Shown here piece after piece: positions 26,504-35,428 of a DNA stretch of 64,000 bases. The notes below the pieces were generated by a model that did no database searches, was not told the origin of the DNA, and was given only the letters and a program-made list of their open reading frames with translations. The first letter of the stretch is position 1. Every line of letters starts with the position of its first letter. The stretch spans positions 1 through 64,000 of IMG/VR virus record IMGVR_UViG_2910441116_000002; one strand, written 5' to 3'. The position numbers were made by a program, and so were the translations under genes. This stretch comes from a virus (Duplodnaviria; Caudoviricetes).

Positions 26504-29065
26504 CTACCGCACCCCTTTCCGTCGTTTAGTCGTCTTGATTTTCTGGCCTTGCCGCTTGTTTACGTCGTCTATGAACGCGTCGTAATCTTCGTCGCCGAGT
26601 TGGAACGTCATATACAACGGTTGTGCCGGTGCTTGTGCGCCGCCTGCCGCCGCAGCTTCCGCCGGTTGCGTTTGTTGCCCGCGTCTAGGAACGCTCGCTG
26701 CCCGCGCTTTGAAGTCAAATTGCGTATCCATCTTGTCGAACGGTTTCCGGATAGCGTTGGCCGTATTTTGTGCCGCACGTTCTGCCGGTGATTTTGCGTT
26801 CTTGATCGAGTCTGCGATAGGGCCTCCGAAATCAACCTTATTCAAGTCGGACAATGGCCCGCGCTTTGCGGGAGAGAACGGCCAAAAGTCACGGATTGCG
26901 CCCGCTACCTCTCCGACTGCGCTAGTGGCCGACGACTTCATCGACTTGATTCCGTCAATTGCCGATTGGACGATAGCTTTACCGGACTCGAAGAGGTCGA
27001 GGTCGAATAAACCTTTGATATTCTCGATAATTTCGTCGACGGTCGATTCCGCCGCCTCCATTTTTTCGGAGATAGCACGCTTGATTTCGTTGAATTTCGT
27101 TTTGACCGTTTTAGCGATTTCCTTTGCCTTGTTGAATGCGCTTGTAATGCTATTCCAAACCGTTTTTATCTTGTTCCATACGGCGGTCATTTTCTCGATT
27201 ACGTTGTCGCGAATTTCGGTGAATTTATTCCAAATTAACTTCGCTATTTGCTTTGCGATGAAGAATTTCAAACGTATCTGATACCAGGTACTCGCTAAGA
27301 AGCCGAGCACTTTCGTGAAGATGTTCTTCGTAGTCGCCCAAATAGAGTCCCAGTTTTTATAAATGAGAATAGCGAGCATAATGACACCCTGGATAAGCAA
27401 GCCGATTGGCCCCGTAAGGAAACGGAGAATAGCCGAGCCACCTACGCGTAATCCCGCAATGATTTGCGATTTAAACGGCTTTAAAATGTTAAGTAGTTTC
27501 GTGAAGCCATTCCACGCCCACTTAAGTCCGTTCCAAATTAATTTGAACACCGGCCAAACTAAACGTAACGCCGAAACAAGTACCGCGATAAGAGGAGCGA
27601 GTATTTTGACTACGCCTGTCAAAGAGAAAAACCATGCGACTGCTTTAGCAATCCACGGATTATTTTCCATCAGCGTATTTACCCACTCTAGGAAACTATT
27701 TACTACTGGCATGATTTGTTCACCGACTGCAGAGAACCCTTTTCCGAGCTCTTTAAGGAAGTCAACCATATTCTCAATGAACGACATCATTTCGGGGCCA
27801 TTTTCTACGACTCTATCAATCCATTCTTGGAAGCCTTTGTCGTTTTTAAGGTTCTTGCCCCATTCCTCGAATCTATCCGTTAAATCCACAAGGCCGTCGA
27901 GCATCTTCGAAGCAAACGGCGCGAATGCTTCGCCCATTCCAACTAAACCGTCCGTTATGTTGCCGAATATCTTAAGCAACTTCGGTCCGTTTTCGCGTAC
28001 GTAGTCGAGGAATGCGTTGAATCTCTCGGACTCTGAAAGCCCGGCCGCCCACTCGCTAAATCGCTTCGTCATTCCGAGTAACCCCTCTTGCATGTCCTTC
28101 GCCAACGGATCGAACGCCGCTAGAATCGAAAGCAACCCACGTACGAGATAGCCCGCCGATTTTCCGAGGGAAGTCAATGCCGGAGCCGCGCTCGTATTCA
28201 GCCATTCGATAATCGCCTTTACGTCCTCTGCGCCCAACGCGGCGTTGAAACTATCGAATAAGCCCGAAACGGCTTCCGTTGATGTCCGGATAGCTGGCTC
28301 GAGACGCTCGAGTAAATTACGCGCTGTCCGCATAGACCCCATGAATACGTCGAGTACCGGCTCCTCGAGGGACTTCGCAAACTCCGAATAGAATTTCTTG
28401 AAACGTTGCGTCGCTTTAATCGCCTCTTGTTGTTTCTCGGAAACGTTGCCGAGCACGCGTTCCATTTCGCTCATAAGCTCGTTATACTTTTCGATGTCGC
28501 CCGTTTGCCGCGCTTTTGTCGCCCGTTCCTGTAACGTCGCCAGTTCATCGGTTTTATCGATTACGCTTCCGATACTTGGCGCAGCTACCGACGCGAACCC
28601 TGCCGCCCCGACTGCCGCCGCACTAAACGCGGAAGCAAGTCCAAGTACGCCGCCGGCTGCGGTTCCGATTATCGGGAGTAGCCCGCCGACTGCCGCTGTT
28701 AATCCGGAGCCTAACGAAGCGCCTATCGGAGATAGCGCCATTAATGCGCCTGAGCCGACGTTCTGTGCTACGACGCCAAAGTTCCGCACCATGCTCGACA
28801 TTTTGTCGATGTTCGAGTTAAACTGCTTGAAATTGGACGCGAAATGTATATAGATGAGGTTCGGAATGCTTTTTGCTTTCCGATTAACGTCGTCGAGGTC
28901 ATCTTCCGCTTTCTCCGTATGAGCATCTACTTGCGGTGTTATGTTCATATTGTCGACGCGCTCTGCCGTCCGTTTGAACGACTCTAGTTGCGCGTGCATT
29001 TTCCGGAGGGGCTTCGTGAACCTATCGGTTATGCTGACTTTGTACGAGATATTCATCTTCGCCAT
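26504..29065 (-). CDS. Tail tape measure protein (853 aa)
   Basis: Long helical A/G-rich protein with TM stretches, W/F periodicity, FSPAKRGPL motif; lies between chaperone and Dit. Confidence 0.92.
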   Translation of the reverse strand: MAKMNISYKVSITDRFTKPLRKMHAQLESFKRTAERVDNMNITPQVDAHTEKAEDDLDDVNRKAKSIPNLIYIHFASNFKQFNSNIDKMSSMVRNFGVVAQNVGSGALMALSPIGASLGSGLTAAVGGLLPIIGTAAGGVLGLASAFSAAAVGAAGFASVAAPSIGSVIDKTDELATLQERATKARQTGDIEKYNELMSEMERVLGNVSEKQQEAIKATQRFKKFYSEFAKSLEEPVLDVFMGSMRTARNLLERLEPAIRTSTEAVSGLFDSFNAALGAEDVKAIIEWLNTSAAPALTSLGKSAGYLVRGLLSILAAFDPLAKDMQEGLLGMTKRFSEWAAGLSESERFNAFLDYVRENGPKLLKIFGNITDGLVGMGEAFAPFASKMLDGLVDLTDRFEEWGKNLKNDKGFQEWIDRVVENGPEMMSFIENMVDFLKELGKGFSAVGEQIMPVVNSFLEWVNTLMENNPWIAKAVAWFFSLTGVVKILAPLIAVLVSALRLVWPVFKLIWNGLKWAWNGFTKLLNILKPFKSQIIAGLRVGGSAILRFLTGPIGLLIQGVIMLAILIYKNWDSIWATTKNIFTKVLGFLASTWYQIRLKFFIAKQIAKLIWNKFTEIRDNVIEKMTAVWNKIKTVWNSITSAFNKAKEIAKTVKTKFNEIKRAISEKMEAAESTVDEIIENIKGLFDLDLFESGKAIVQSAIDGIKSMKSSATSAVGEVAGAIRDFWPFSPAKRGPLSDLNKVDFGGPIADSIKNAKSPAERAAQNTANAIRKPFDKMDTQFDFKARAASVPRRGQQTQPAEAAAAGGAQAPAQPLYMTFQLGDEDYDAFIDDVNKRQGQKIKTTKRRKGVR

Positions 29066-29089
29066 TAAACAGCCTCCTTTCGTTAGAAA

Positions 29090-29359
29090 TTACGAGTTGT
29101 TCCGATTGTTCTCTCGGTCTTTCATTCGCCAGAATGCCGACCAATACGGAATCTCACTAGCCGACATCCCTTCGTCGTAATGTTCGATGTGTATTTCGGC
29201 TTCCTCGGCCTCTAGTCCGAACGCTTGCGCAATGCGCTCGGGTAGTTGCACTTTGGAATAACGGCGACGACTACCGGTTAATTCACCGACCGTTTGCTGT
29301 TTTGCGTCGGCTATTTCGTAAAGGGATCGGAGGTAGTCGTTCCGTTCAATTAGTTTTTT
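29090..29359 (-). CDS. Tail assembly chaperone -1 frameshift extension (gpT-like)
   Basis: Slippery A AAA AAC at 29359-29353; open -1 frame of ~89 codons with MSASEIPYWSAFW motif. Confidence 0.8.
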   Translation of the reverse strand, partial: KKLIERNDYLRSLYEIADAKQQTVGELTGSRRRYSKVQLPERIAQAFGLEAEEAEIHIEHYDEGMSASEIPYWSAFWRMKDRENNRNNS

Positions 29360-29697
29360 GCTTCGTTTTCCGCTTTTCCGTCAAATCCGGAGATATCGAA
29401 TATCTTCTCGCCAATTCTCATGAGGGCGCCGAACGATTTTTCCGCCTCGAATTTCGCTACGTCCTTTTCGGTGAAAACGGCTTCGCCTTCTTCCGTTTTG
29501 CAGCCGTAAACAACTGCGAGCATCATCATGCGGGTTTCGTCTTCTTTATATTTCATAACCTGCTTCATTTCGCCGGCGGATAACGTTTTAACCGGGAGAG
29601 TTGCGTCCCATTCTTTTACGTAAACCTCGTCGTATTTAATGTCGTCGCTCGCCATTACCTTTTCGCGTAGTGCTTTTACGTCGTATTTGTTCGCCAT
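29350..29697 (-). CDS. Tail assembly chaperone (gpG-like)
   Basis: VYVKEW..VKTLS; ends EAKN at slippery site; between tail tube and TMP. Confidence 0.85.
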   Translation of the reverse strand: MANKYDVKALREKVMASDDIKYDEVYVKEWDATLPVKTLSAGEMKQVMKYKEDETRMMMLAVVYGCKTEEGEAVFTEKDVAKFEAEKSFGALMRIGEKIFDISGFDGKAENEAKN

Positions 29698-29774
29698 GTA
29701 TATAGCCTCCGTTTGGTTTATTAGTTAATTAATTTGAAAACGCCCGTCGCTATTGAAACGGCGGGCGCGTATGA

Positions 29775-30173
29775 TTAAGAGCTTGTTTGCGCGTCTTCTG
29801 CCGGGCTTGTCAATTCACCGGCTCCCGTGAACGTCAAGGAATTTTCGATCAGGTCGTCGTGAGTTGTGGAATGTTCGAAGTCGATAGACGCCGTACCTTG
29901 ATACGACGGCTCCGCGTCGTTGGCGTCGTCGAAGAAATCAATCGTCAGCTTTTTCGTAATGTGCTTAAGCCAGAATTGATCGGCGCTCACACACGTCGCT
30001 TCACCTTCCCATGAGTAACGACCGATTACGTGATCCGCCCAGTCTTCTCCGGCTACGTTTGCGTCAATTTTTTCGGAGCTAACCGAAATCGACCATTCGC
30101 GTAACTCAAGTACATCGACCGGAGTGCCGTCGACTTGCATTGCGACCTTTGCGTATTGGCCCTTCTTTTTCAT
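29775..30173 (-). CDS. Major tail tube protein
   Basis: EWSIS..DA..W..HVIG..SWEGE..SLTFTGAGEL; followed by terminator-like CGCCCG stem. Confidence 0.8.
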   Translation of the reverse strand: MKKKGQYAKVAMQVDGTPVDVLELREWSISVSSEKIDANVAGEDWADHVIGRYSWEGEATCVSADQFWLKHITKKLTIDFFDDANDAEPSYQGTASIDFEHSTTHDDLIENSLTFTGAGELTSPAEDAQTSS

Positions 30174-30213
30174 TAGTTAAACACCCTTTCGTATTTGGTT
30201 GAAGTCTCCGAAA

Positions 30214-30672
30214 TTACTGCGTAAACTCGGACTCTCCGTTATTTCGCAAAATAAAAACGGCTACATCGAAGTAACCGTGGTGATTGTTCGTTTCATTCGC
30301 TATTTCGTCGTTTGATATCGGCGTAAATTCGCTTACGTCGCAAAGGAGATGTTTTCCCGTCGGTAATAAATCAGCGTCAAAGTACGGAATACCGTCCGCT
30401 GCTCGCAATACCGTCGCGAATTTCTCTTGGAGCTTCAACCGCTCAGTATACCCGTTCGCATATACGCCGACTTGAAAGCGATAGCCATCCTCGTAACTTG
30501 TGCGTCCGGCCGATAACAGCTCGGAATTAATCGCCAAATCCTCAACGGTTGCAAACGGTTTATCCAGCTTCGTCAGGTCAACGCCATCGTAAATAATCTG
30601 CGCGGTTGCGATTTCTCCGATTTCCGTTTCGAGCGCCGTTTTGATCGAGTAAATGATTTCGAACGCACTCAT
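30214..30672 (-). CDS. Tail terminator / completion protein
   Basis: Position and size in head-tail connector block. Confidence 0.65.
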   Translation of the reverse strand: MSAFEIIYSIKTALETEIGEIATAQIIYDGVDLTKLDKPFATVEDLAINSELLSAGRTSYEDGYRFQVGVYANGYTERLKLQEKFATVLRAADGIPYFDADLLPTGKHLLCDVSEFTPISNDEIANETNNHHGYFDVAVFILRNNGESEFTQ

Positions 30673-31013
30673 CGGACGCCCCACCTCCGTTCAACCGTCT
30701 GTCGTATCTGCCGCTCTAACGGGCCTTCGCCCGCCCAAATGGCGCGGCGGAAGTACGCCTTTTTCGTCCGGTGCTCGTACTCTTGTCGCTGGGCGTAAGG
30801 AAGATGAGAGCCGAATAGCCACGACAACTCTTCCTCTTGCTGAACGCTCGCCGGAATGGACGCCTTCAAAGCACCCGTGTCAATCGGAGCGTTTTTCGAA
30901 GCCTGATTCGCCATTGACCGCGTGCCTCGTTCGGCTGTTTTATCCAAGTCGGCGCGGAGTTCGTTTGCGTCCGGTAATTTAAAGTCGCCGCGTCGGTCGA
31001 AGTGTAACGACAT
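30669..31013 (-). CDS. HK97 gp10-like tail completion protein
   Basis: APIDTGALKASI, YA..QEY, YFRRA. Confidence 0.85.
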   Translation of the reverse strand: MSLHFDRRGDFKLPDANELRADLDKTAERGTRSMANQASKNAPIDTGALKASIPASVQQEEELSWLFGSHLPYAQRQEYEHRTKKAYFRRAIWAGEGPLERQIRQTVERRWGVR

Positions 31014-31384
31014 TAAACCACCCGCCTTACGAGCGCTTCTGTACGGGAAGGAGTGATCCCGAGTTTATCCCGCTCAATTATCTTGTAAGATACGCCGTCT
31101 TTCGTGACATTCTCGACGTCAGTTAAATCGACGGTTAGCGGAAAGGAAACGAGGTAGTCGCCCGCCTGTATTTTTACGCCGGCTATATACTGAATGTCTT
31201 CGTCGCCTGTAGCCGCGCTCCATATAACGTCAACCTCTACAGGTTCTTCCGAATAAATCGGCTCGCCGGTTAACGGATCCTCGCCCGTTTTGACGCGTTG
31301 TACGATAGAAACCGGAGTCGTACGGTTCTGCCGGATATCTTCATGCGACGATTTCATAAATTCTAAGTCATGGTTCCTAAGCAT
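31013..31384 (-). CDS. Head closure / head-tail joining protein
   Basis: DPLTGEP motif; position. Confidence 0.65.
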   Translation of the reverse strand: MLRNHDLEFMKSSHEDIRQNRTTPVSIVQRVKTGEDPLTGEPIYSEEPVEVDVIWSAATGDEDIQYIAGVKIQAGDYLVSFPLTVDLTDVENVTKDGVSYKIIERDKLGITPSRTEALVRRVV

Positions 31385-32297
31385 TTTCCGTAGCCTCCTC
31401 AGTTAATACGTAATGAAGCGTGGCGCGGCAGTTCGGATGTGGCTGCAAAATTTTCTGCGTACCTGGCGGATAGACGCCCTTCCCCATTCCGTGTTCGTCC
31501 GCTCGAGCGTACTTGTAGCATTCATGCGTTTGGTGGTGCGAATGGCCGTCCGGATGGTCGACGATTCTCACGCCTTTTACCACGTCGGAGTTTTCCGCAC
31601 CCAGCGCCGTAGCCTCCCGATATCCGGTCATTGTTTCCGTTTCGATTAGCCGGTCAATCTTCCACCGTTCGTTGTCGTACGTCTTTTTGACCTCGCGTTG
31701 AATGTCCGTGACCTGCCGGCCTTGTAGCGCGCCTCGGCGGACGGTATTCGCAATCGAACTGCGTAAGTCTCCGGCAAACTGCCATATCCGGTCGTTTAAC
31801 GTTTTACCGTCATTTCCTACGCGTTCAAATACGGAGGTACGAACATACCGCCGATACGTGTTAAGCGAAATGTTTCCGAGGGTTAATATAGAACCGGCGC
31901 CTAGAAACGCGGAGAACGACAACGCCAACTGAGCACGTAAAGCCTCCGGCGTAAACCCGAGGATGTTCGCGAGTGCAACGGCGCCCACACCCGCAATCAA
32001 CGCGGAACTAGCCGCGTACACGCCGTAATTAGCCGCCTGGTTGACCGCCTGTTGTAACGCGCGTTCCCCTTCGGTTCGTGCGTAGTTCTCCACCGATTCC
32101 AATTCCCGTATTAACGCATTGATTCGCGACTTCGATATAGTACCGTCGTTTTTCGCGTGTTCCGATAATACGTCGTTAACTTGAAGGCGAGTAGCGTAAA
32201 TTACGGCGCGTGCTTCGTTGGTTATCCGAGGTAAATGTGAGCGTTCGAAGGTGCCGGCGTATTCCGCTAATTTCTCGTTTACTTTCGTTTCACTCAT
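31377..32297 (-). CDS. Minor head protein (Mu gpF / SPP1 gp7-like)
   Basis: LNDRIW, RLIETE, C..YA, HPNCR. Confidence 0.8.
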   Translation of the reverse strand: MSETKVNEKLAEYAGTFERSHLPRITNEARAVIYATRLQVNDVLSEHAKNDGTISKSRINALIRELESVENYARTEGERALQQAVNQAANYGVYAASSALIAGVGAVALANILGFTPEALRAQLALSFSAFLGAGSILTLGNISLNTYRRYVRTSVFERVGNDGKTLNDRIWQFAGDLRSSIANTVRRGALQGRQVTDIQREVKKTYDNERWKIDRLIETETMTGYREATALGAENSDVVKGVRIVDHPDGHSHHQTHECYKYARADEHGMGKGVYPPGTQKILQPHPNCRATLHYVLTEEATENA

Positions 32298-32617
32298 CGT
32301 CTAACCACCGCCGCCGTTACGCTTGTAGCCGAGGAAAAGTCGACCGCTACGTTTTCTCCGAAGAGAGCGCGCGGGAACGGGCCGAGTACGGCTGTCGCAC
32401 CGGCTGCAACCGACTTAACTTCGTCCTGTGTGCGCCCGTGCGAGCAAGGTACGGATAAGACCGTTACGTCGATCGAAGATGCATCATCGTTTTTGACGAA
32501 GAGATAATCGTTGTTACTGTTCGGAAATACGTTCCCTTCCGTGCCGTCAACCGAGTCGAATACGACGTCTGCTCCGCTTAATTCCGAGTCTGTAATCGTA
32601 AGTTGTGTACGTGCCAA
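32294..32617 (-). CDS. Small beta-rich virion protein (possible decoration)
   Basis: TTG start with GGAGGTG; LFVKN..SIDVT..VAAG..GPF pattern. Confidence 0.6.
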   Translation of the reverse strand: MARTQLTITDSELSGADVVFDSVDGTEGNVFPNSNNDYLFVKNDDASSIDVTVLSVPCSHGRTQDEVKSVAAGATAVLGPFPRALFGENVAVDFSSATSVTAAVVRR

Positions 32618-32636
32618 AGAATCACCTCCGTTTCAT

Positions 32637-33008
32637 TTACCGTCTGTCTGCGCGTTTCATGATTTTAAACGATGATCCCGAACGTTCCGATTTCTTCTGC
32701 GCGTACTTTGTTTGTAATGTGTTCGCTAGTTTTCGGTATTGTTCAGATATCATCGATTTATCTACTTGCTCATTTCCGTCGGAAAACGAGAAGTAATACG
32801 CCGTTCTTAACGCGATTTGACCTGCTCCGTCTGCTTCGGCGTACAGCAAAATCAACGTGATATCATCGGTAAGGACGTTCTCATTAGCGGCATATCCGTG
32901 CTCGTTCATCGCCGTTAAAATCCATTCGTCTACGTCCGACGAGTCTACGTTGGGAACGTCCTTAAACCTCGTTAATAGACGCTGCGATAGTTCGGTTTTT
33001 GTCGCCAT
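32637..33008 (-). CDS. Head-tail adaptor
   Basis: Helical 123-aa protein downstream of capsid genes. Confidence 0.7.
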   Translation of the reverse strand: MATKTELSQRLLTRFKDVPNVDSSDVDEWILTAMNEHGYAANENVLTDDITLILLYAEADGAGQIALRTAYYFSFSDGNEQVDKSMISEQYRKLANTLQTKYAQKKSERSGSSFKIMKRADRR

Positions 33009-33026
33009 GATTACGTCCTCCCGAGT

Positions 33027-33242
33027 TTATTTATTTTCCGGCTTGGCTTTCGGCTTTTGTTTAGGTTGCTTCGGTTTTTCAGGCTCCGGCTTCGGTTCCG
33101 GTTTTGGCTCCGGCTTAGCAACCTTTTTCGCATAACCAATCGCCTCTAAATGCTCAGCCGACTTTTCATCGATTTCGATTGTTTCGCCAGGGCCGTGTCC
33201 ATCCACATAAGCCCCGACGATTTCTACTTTATCTTTCGCCAT
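33027..33242 (-). CDS. Small capsid-associated protein with KPEP-rich tail
   Basis: GPGETIEI..AEHL..IG then KPEP repeats; follows MCP. Confidence 0.7.
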   Translation of the reverse strand: MAKDKVEIVGAYVDGHGPGETIEIDEKSAEHLEAIGYAKKVAKPEPKPEPKPEPEKPKQPKQKPKAKPENK

Positions 33243-33264
33243 TTATTCGTTCCTCCTTCGTTAC

Positions 33265-34281
33265 TTACGGCGTATATACGTCAGCGTGGAAAATGTAATC
33301 CGGACGCTCAACCGCAGGGAATCCGGCAGCTACAGAACGTAGGATAGATTCGATTGGCTCGTCTTTATCCTTCGCGGTTAGTACGATGCCTGGTTGGAAG
33401 TTATTTTCGACGGTTGGGCCGAATAGGAAGTTACCTACGCCTTCCGAAAGCATAACGACTCTCTCTGCTGGCATAAATTCGATTTCCTCGTTTTGACCGG
33501 AGTAAATGTCTTTAACTGTTACTTTACGCTCAGTTACGATTTGAATCGGAGGCAAGCCGAATCCGCCTAGAACTTCGTTCAGTTCCGCTTGACTTACGCG
33601 GGTAGAACCTTCCGGACGTCCTGCTTCCGTTACAATTACGTTGTTACGCAAAAGTTTCGCTTGTGCTTCGCGAGACATAAGAATAACGGACGGTGTTTGA
33701 CCGGTGGACGCTTCATACGTCTCAACCCAATCGAGCAAGTCGCCGATTACGTCGCGGGAAGTTTCGTCCCAATCAGCACCGGAAGACAACGCGACTTTAT
33801 GTTCGGCTGGAACGCCAAAGTCAACGTTTACTTTTACGCCGTTTTTGTTATACGAGAATTGACCTTTCGCGAGCGCCTCCATTTTAATTACGTTAACACG
33901 ACGGTTAAGCGCTTGAACGAGCTCAACACCGCGAATCGTTAGACGGTCAACCATCGATTGTCTTTCCGCGTCGTTACGTGCTTGGTTAAGGTGTAATAGC
34001 TCCTCTTCGGTCGCGATGTATTTCAGACCCATTTTCGCGATTTCGCCCATTTTAGAAGCAACCGCGTCACGGTCAACAACGGGAGGTTCGGAACCATAGC
34101 CGATCATCGCACCGATGTATTTGTTCTCCTTAATGATGTCGTAAGCGAACGTGTTAGAGAAGATTTGGTCGTTTGGTAAAAAGCGATCTCCTAGCGTTGG
34201 TACTGCGTCCTGTACTGTTTCGTCCACCAATCCACGTAGTGCCGGTTCTTGAAACTCTTTGAAATGTTGTATGCCTGCCAT
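33265..34281 (-). CDS. Major capsid protein (lambda gpE-like family)
   Basis: 338 aa after scaffold/decoration; VDFGVP..HK..W....D.IGD motif. Confidence 0.9.
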   Translation of the reverse strand: MAGIQHFKEFQEPALRGLVDETVQDAVPTLGDRFLPNDQIFSNTFAYDIIKENKYIGAMIGYGSEPPVVDRDAVASKMGEIAKMGLKYIATEEELLHLNQARNDAERQSMVDRLTIRGVELVQALNRRVNVIKMEALAKGQFSYNKNGVKVNVDFGVPAEHKVALSSGADWDETSRDVIGDLLDWVETYEASTGQTPSVILMSREAQAKLLRNNVIVTEAGRPEGSTRVSQAELNEVLGGFGLPPIQIVTERKVTVKDIYSGQNEEIEFMPAERVVMLSEGVGNFLFGPTVENNFQPGIVLTAKDKDEPIESILRSVAAGFPAVERPDYIFHADVYTP

Positions 34282-34338
34282 TATAAATTCCTCCTAGTAA
34301 TTTTTCGTTTTTAAATATTTGTGGCTGAATGCAATTAA

Positions 34339-34725
34339 TTAAATGTGTTTTACATATCTGATGCGATCTTTTGTCTCGGTCTTGAAAGCGTCTGTCACGT
34401 TCGAAGGTAGTTTAGCGTCGTAAACTGAACCGCGGAAAATAACCTCGCCTACAACTACGTCGTTTGTTCCGTCTACTTCTACGTCAATGTTCAAAATCGT
34501 AAATTCGTCGTAACCGCTCGGTACAGCGCCGGTGTCGTCTGCGTACTCCTCGAATTTTCCGGAAGTTGTATTACGCATAATTGCCGTACCTACTTCCAAT
34601 GTTTTAGCGCCAATTGTTGCGGCGTCTAAGGTCGCGCCTGCCTCGATGAATTGTAAGTGTTCAGACGCAAGGATGTTCTTTCCGCCTTTGAATGATGTTT
34701 GGCTAGTTTGTAGAGTGTAAGCCAT
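34339..34725 (-). CDS. Head decoration protein
   Basis: GT....SGK..Y, IL, GSVY.AKLP; between scaffold and MCP. Confidence 0.75.
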   Translation of the reverse strand: MAYTLQTSQTSFKGGKNILASEHLQFIEAGATLDAATIGAKTLEVGTAIMRNTTSGKFEEYADDTGAVPSGYDEFTILNIDVEVDGTNDVVVGEVIFRGSVYDAKLPSNVTDAFKTETKDRIRYVKHI

Positions 34726-34737
34726 TTAAAATTCCTC

Positions 34738-35358
34738 CTAGTTTTTATTATTTTGCGAGCCTTTGATCTTTCCGCTCGCTTTTAAACGTTGATAAAGCGA
34801 CTTGCCCTCGTCTTGCAAATCGGTCGGCTCCGGCTTCGGTTTACTGCCGTTGCCTGCGTTAGGATCTGCGTAATTTTTCTTCGGTGGAATGTCTTGTTTA
34901 AGCTGATCCAACGCCGATTTCAATTCCTCGTCTGTATCCCCGTCGAGATACTTTCGGTACCTTTCCGCCTGTTCTTCGCTGTAGCCGGCCTTTGCGAGCA
35001 TAGCGTCCTTTTTCGCGTTGAGTGATTCCGCTTTGAAAGCGTCCAACTCTTCGCGGTATCTATCCGCCAGCTCCTTGTACTGTTCTTGCTCCTCGAGCTT
35101 TTTGCGCTCCGCCTCATCGCGCTCTTTCTGGATAGCCTCGTCGCGTTTCTTACGTTCGCGTTCGAGCCTTTTCCGAATCTGTTCGTCTAACTCCGCCTGT
35201 GTGAATCGTTTTTCTTCGCCTTCGGTTGCTTCCGTTTCTTCTTCGGTATTATTTTCCGACTCCTCAGTCGTAGGTGGTGTTTCGGAAGACTCCGGGTTAG
35301 TTTCCTCGCCTTTTTCGGCGAAATGTTGCAGGTTTAGTCGTAGTAATTTCGTATCCAT
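34738..35358 (-). CDS. Capsid scaffolding protein
   Basis: LNLQHFAE N-terminal motif, FTQAELD..RLERE coiled coil. Confidence 0.88.
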   Translation of the reverse strand: MDTKLLRLNLQHFAEKGEETNPESSETPPTTEESENNTEEETEATEGEEKRFTQAELDEQIRKRLERERKKRDEAIQKERDEAERKKLEEQEQYKELADRYREELDAFKAESLNAKKDAMLAKAGYSEEQAERYRKYLDGDTDEELKSALDQLKQDIPPKKNYADPNAGNGSKPKPEPTDLQDEGKSLYQRLKASGKIKGSQNNKN

Positions 35359-35428
35359 AATAAAACTCCTTCCGCTTTTTAAGCGTGTAATATCTCCGGA
35401 AGTTTAACGCCGTTCCGTAAGGCAATTT

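Noticed and set aside
26426-29180. Long plus-strand ORFs over the TMP genes and other structural genes
   Set aside because: Antisense shadows of minus-strand genes; no SD or motifs
33027-33120. KPEP-coding repeats as a DNA repeat element
   Set aside because: Ordinary low-complexity protein tail
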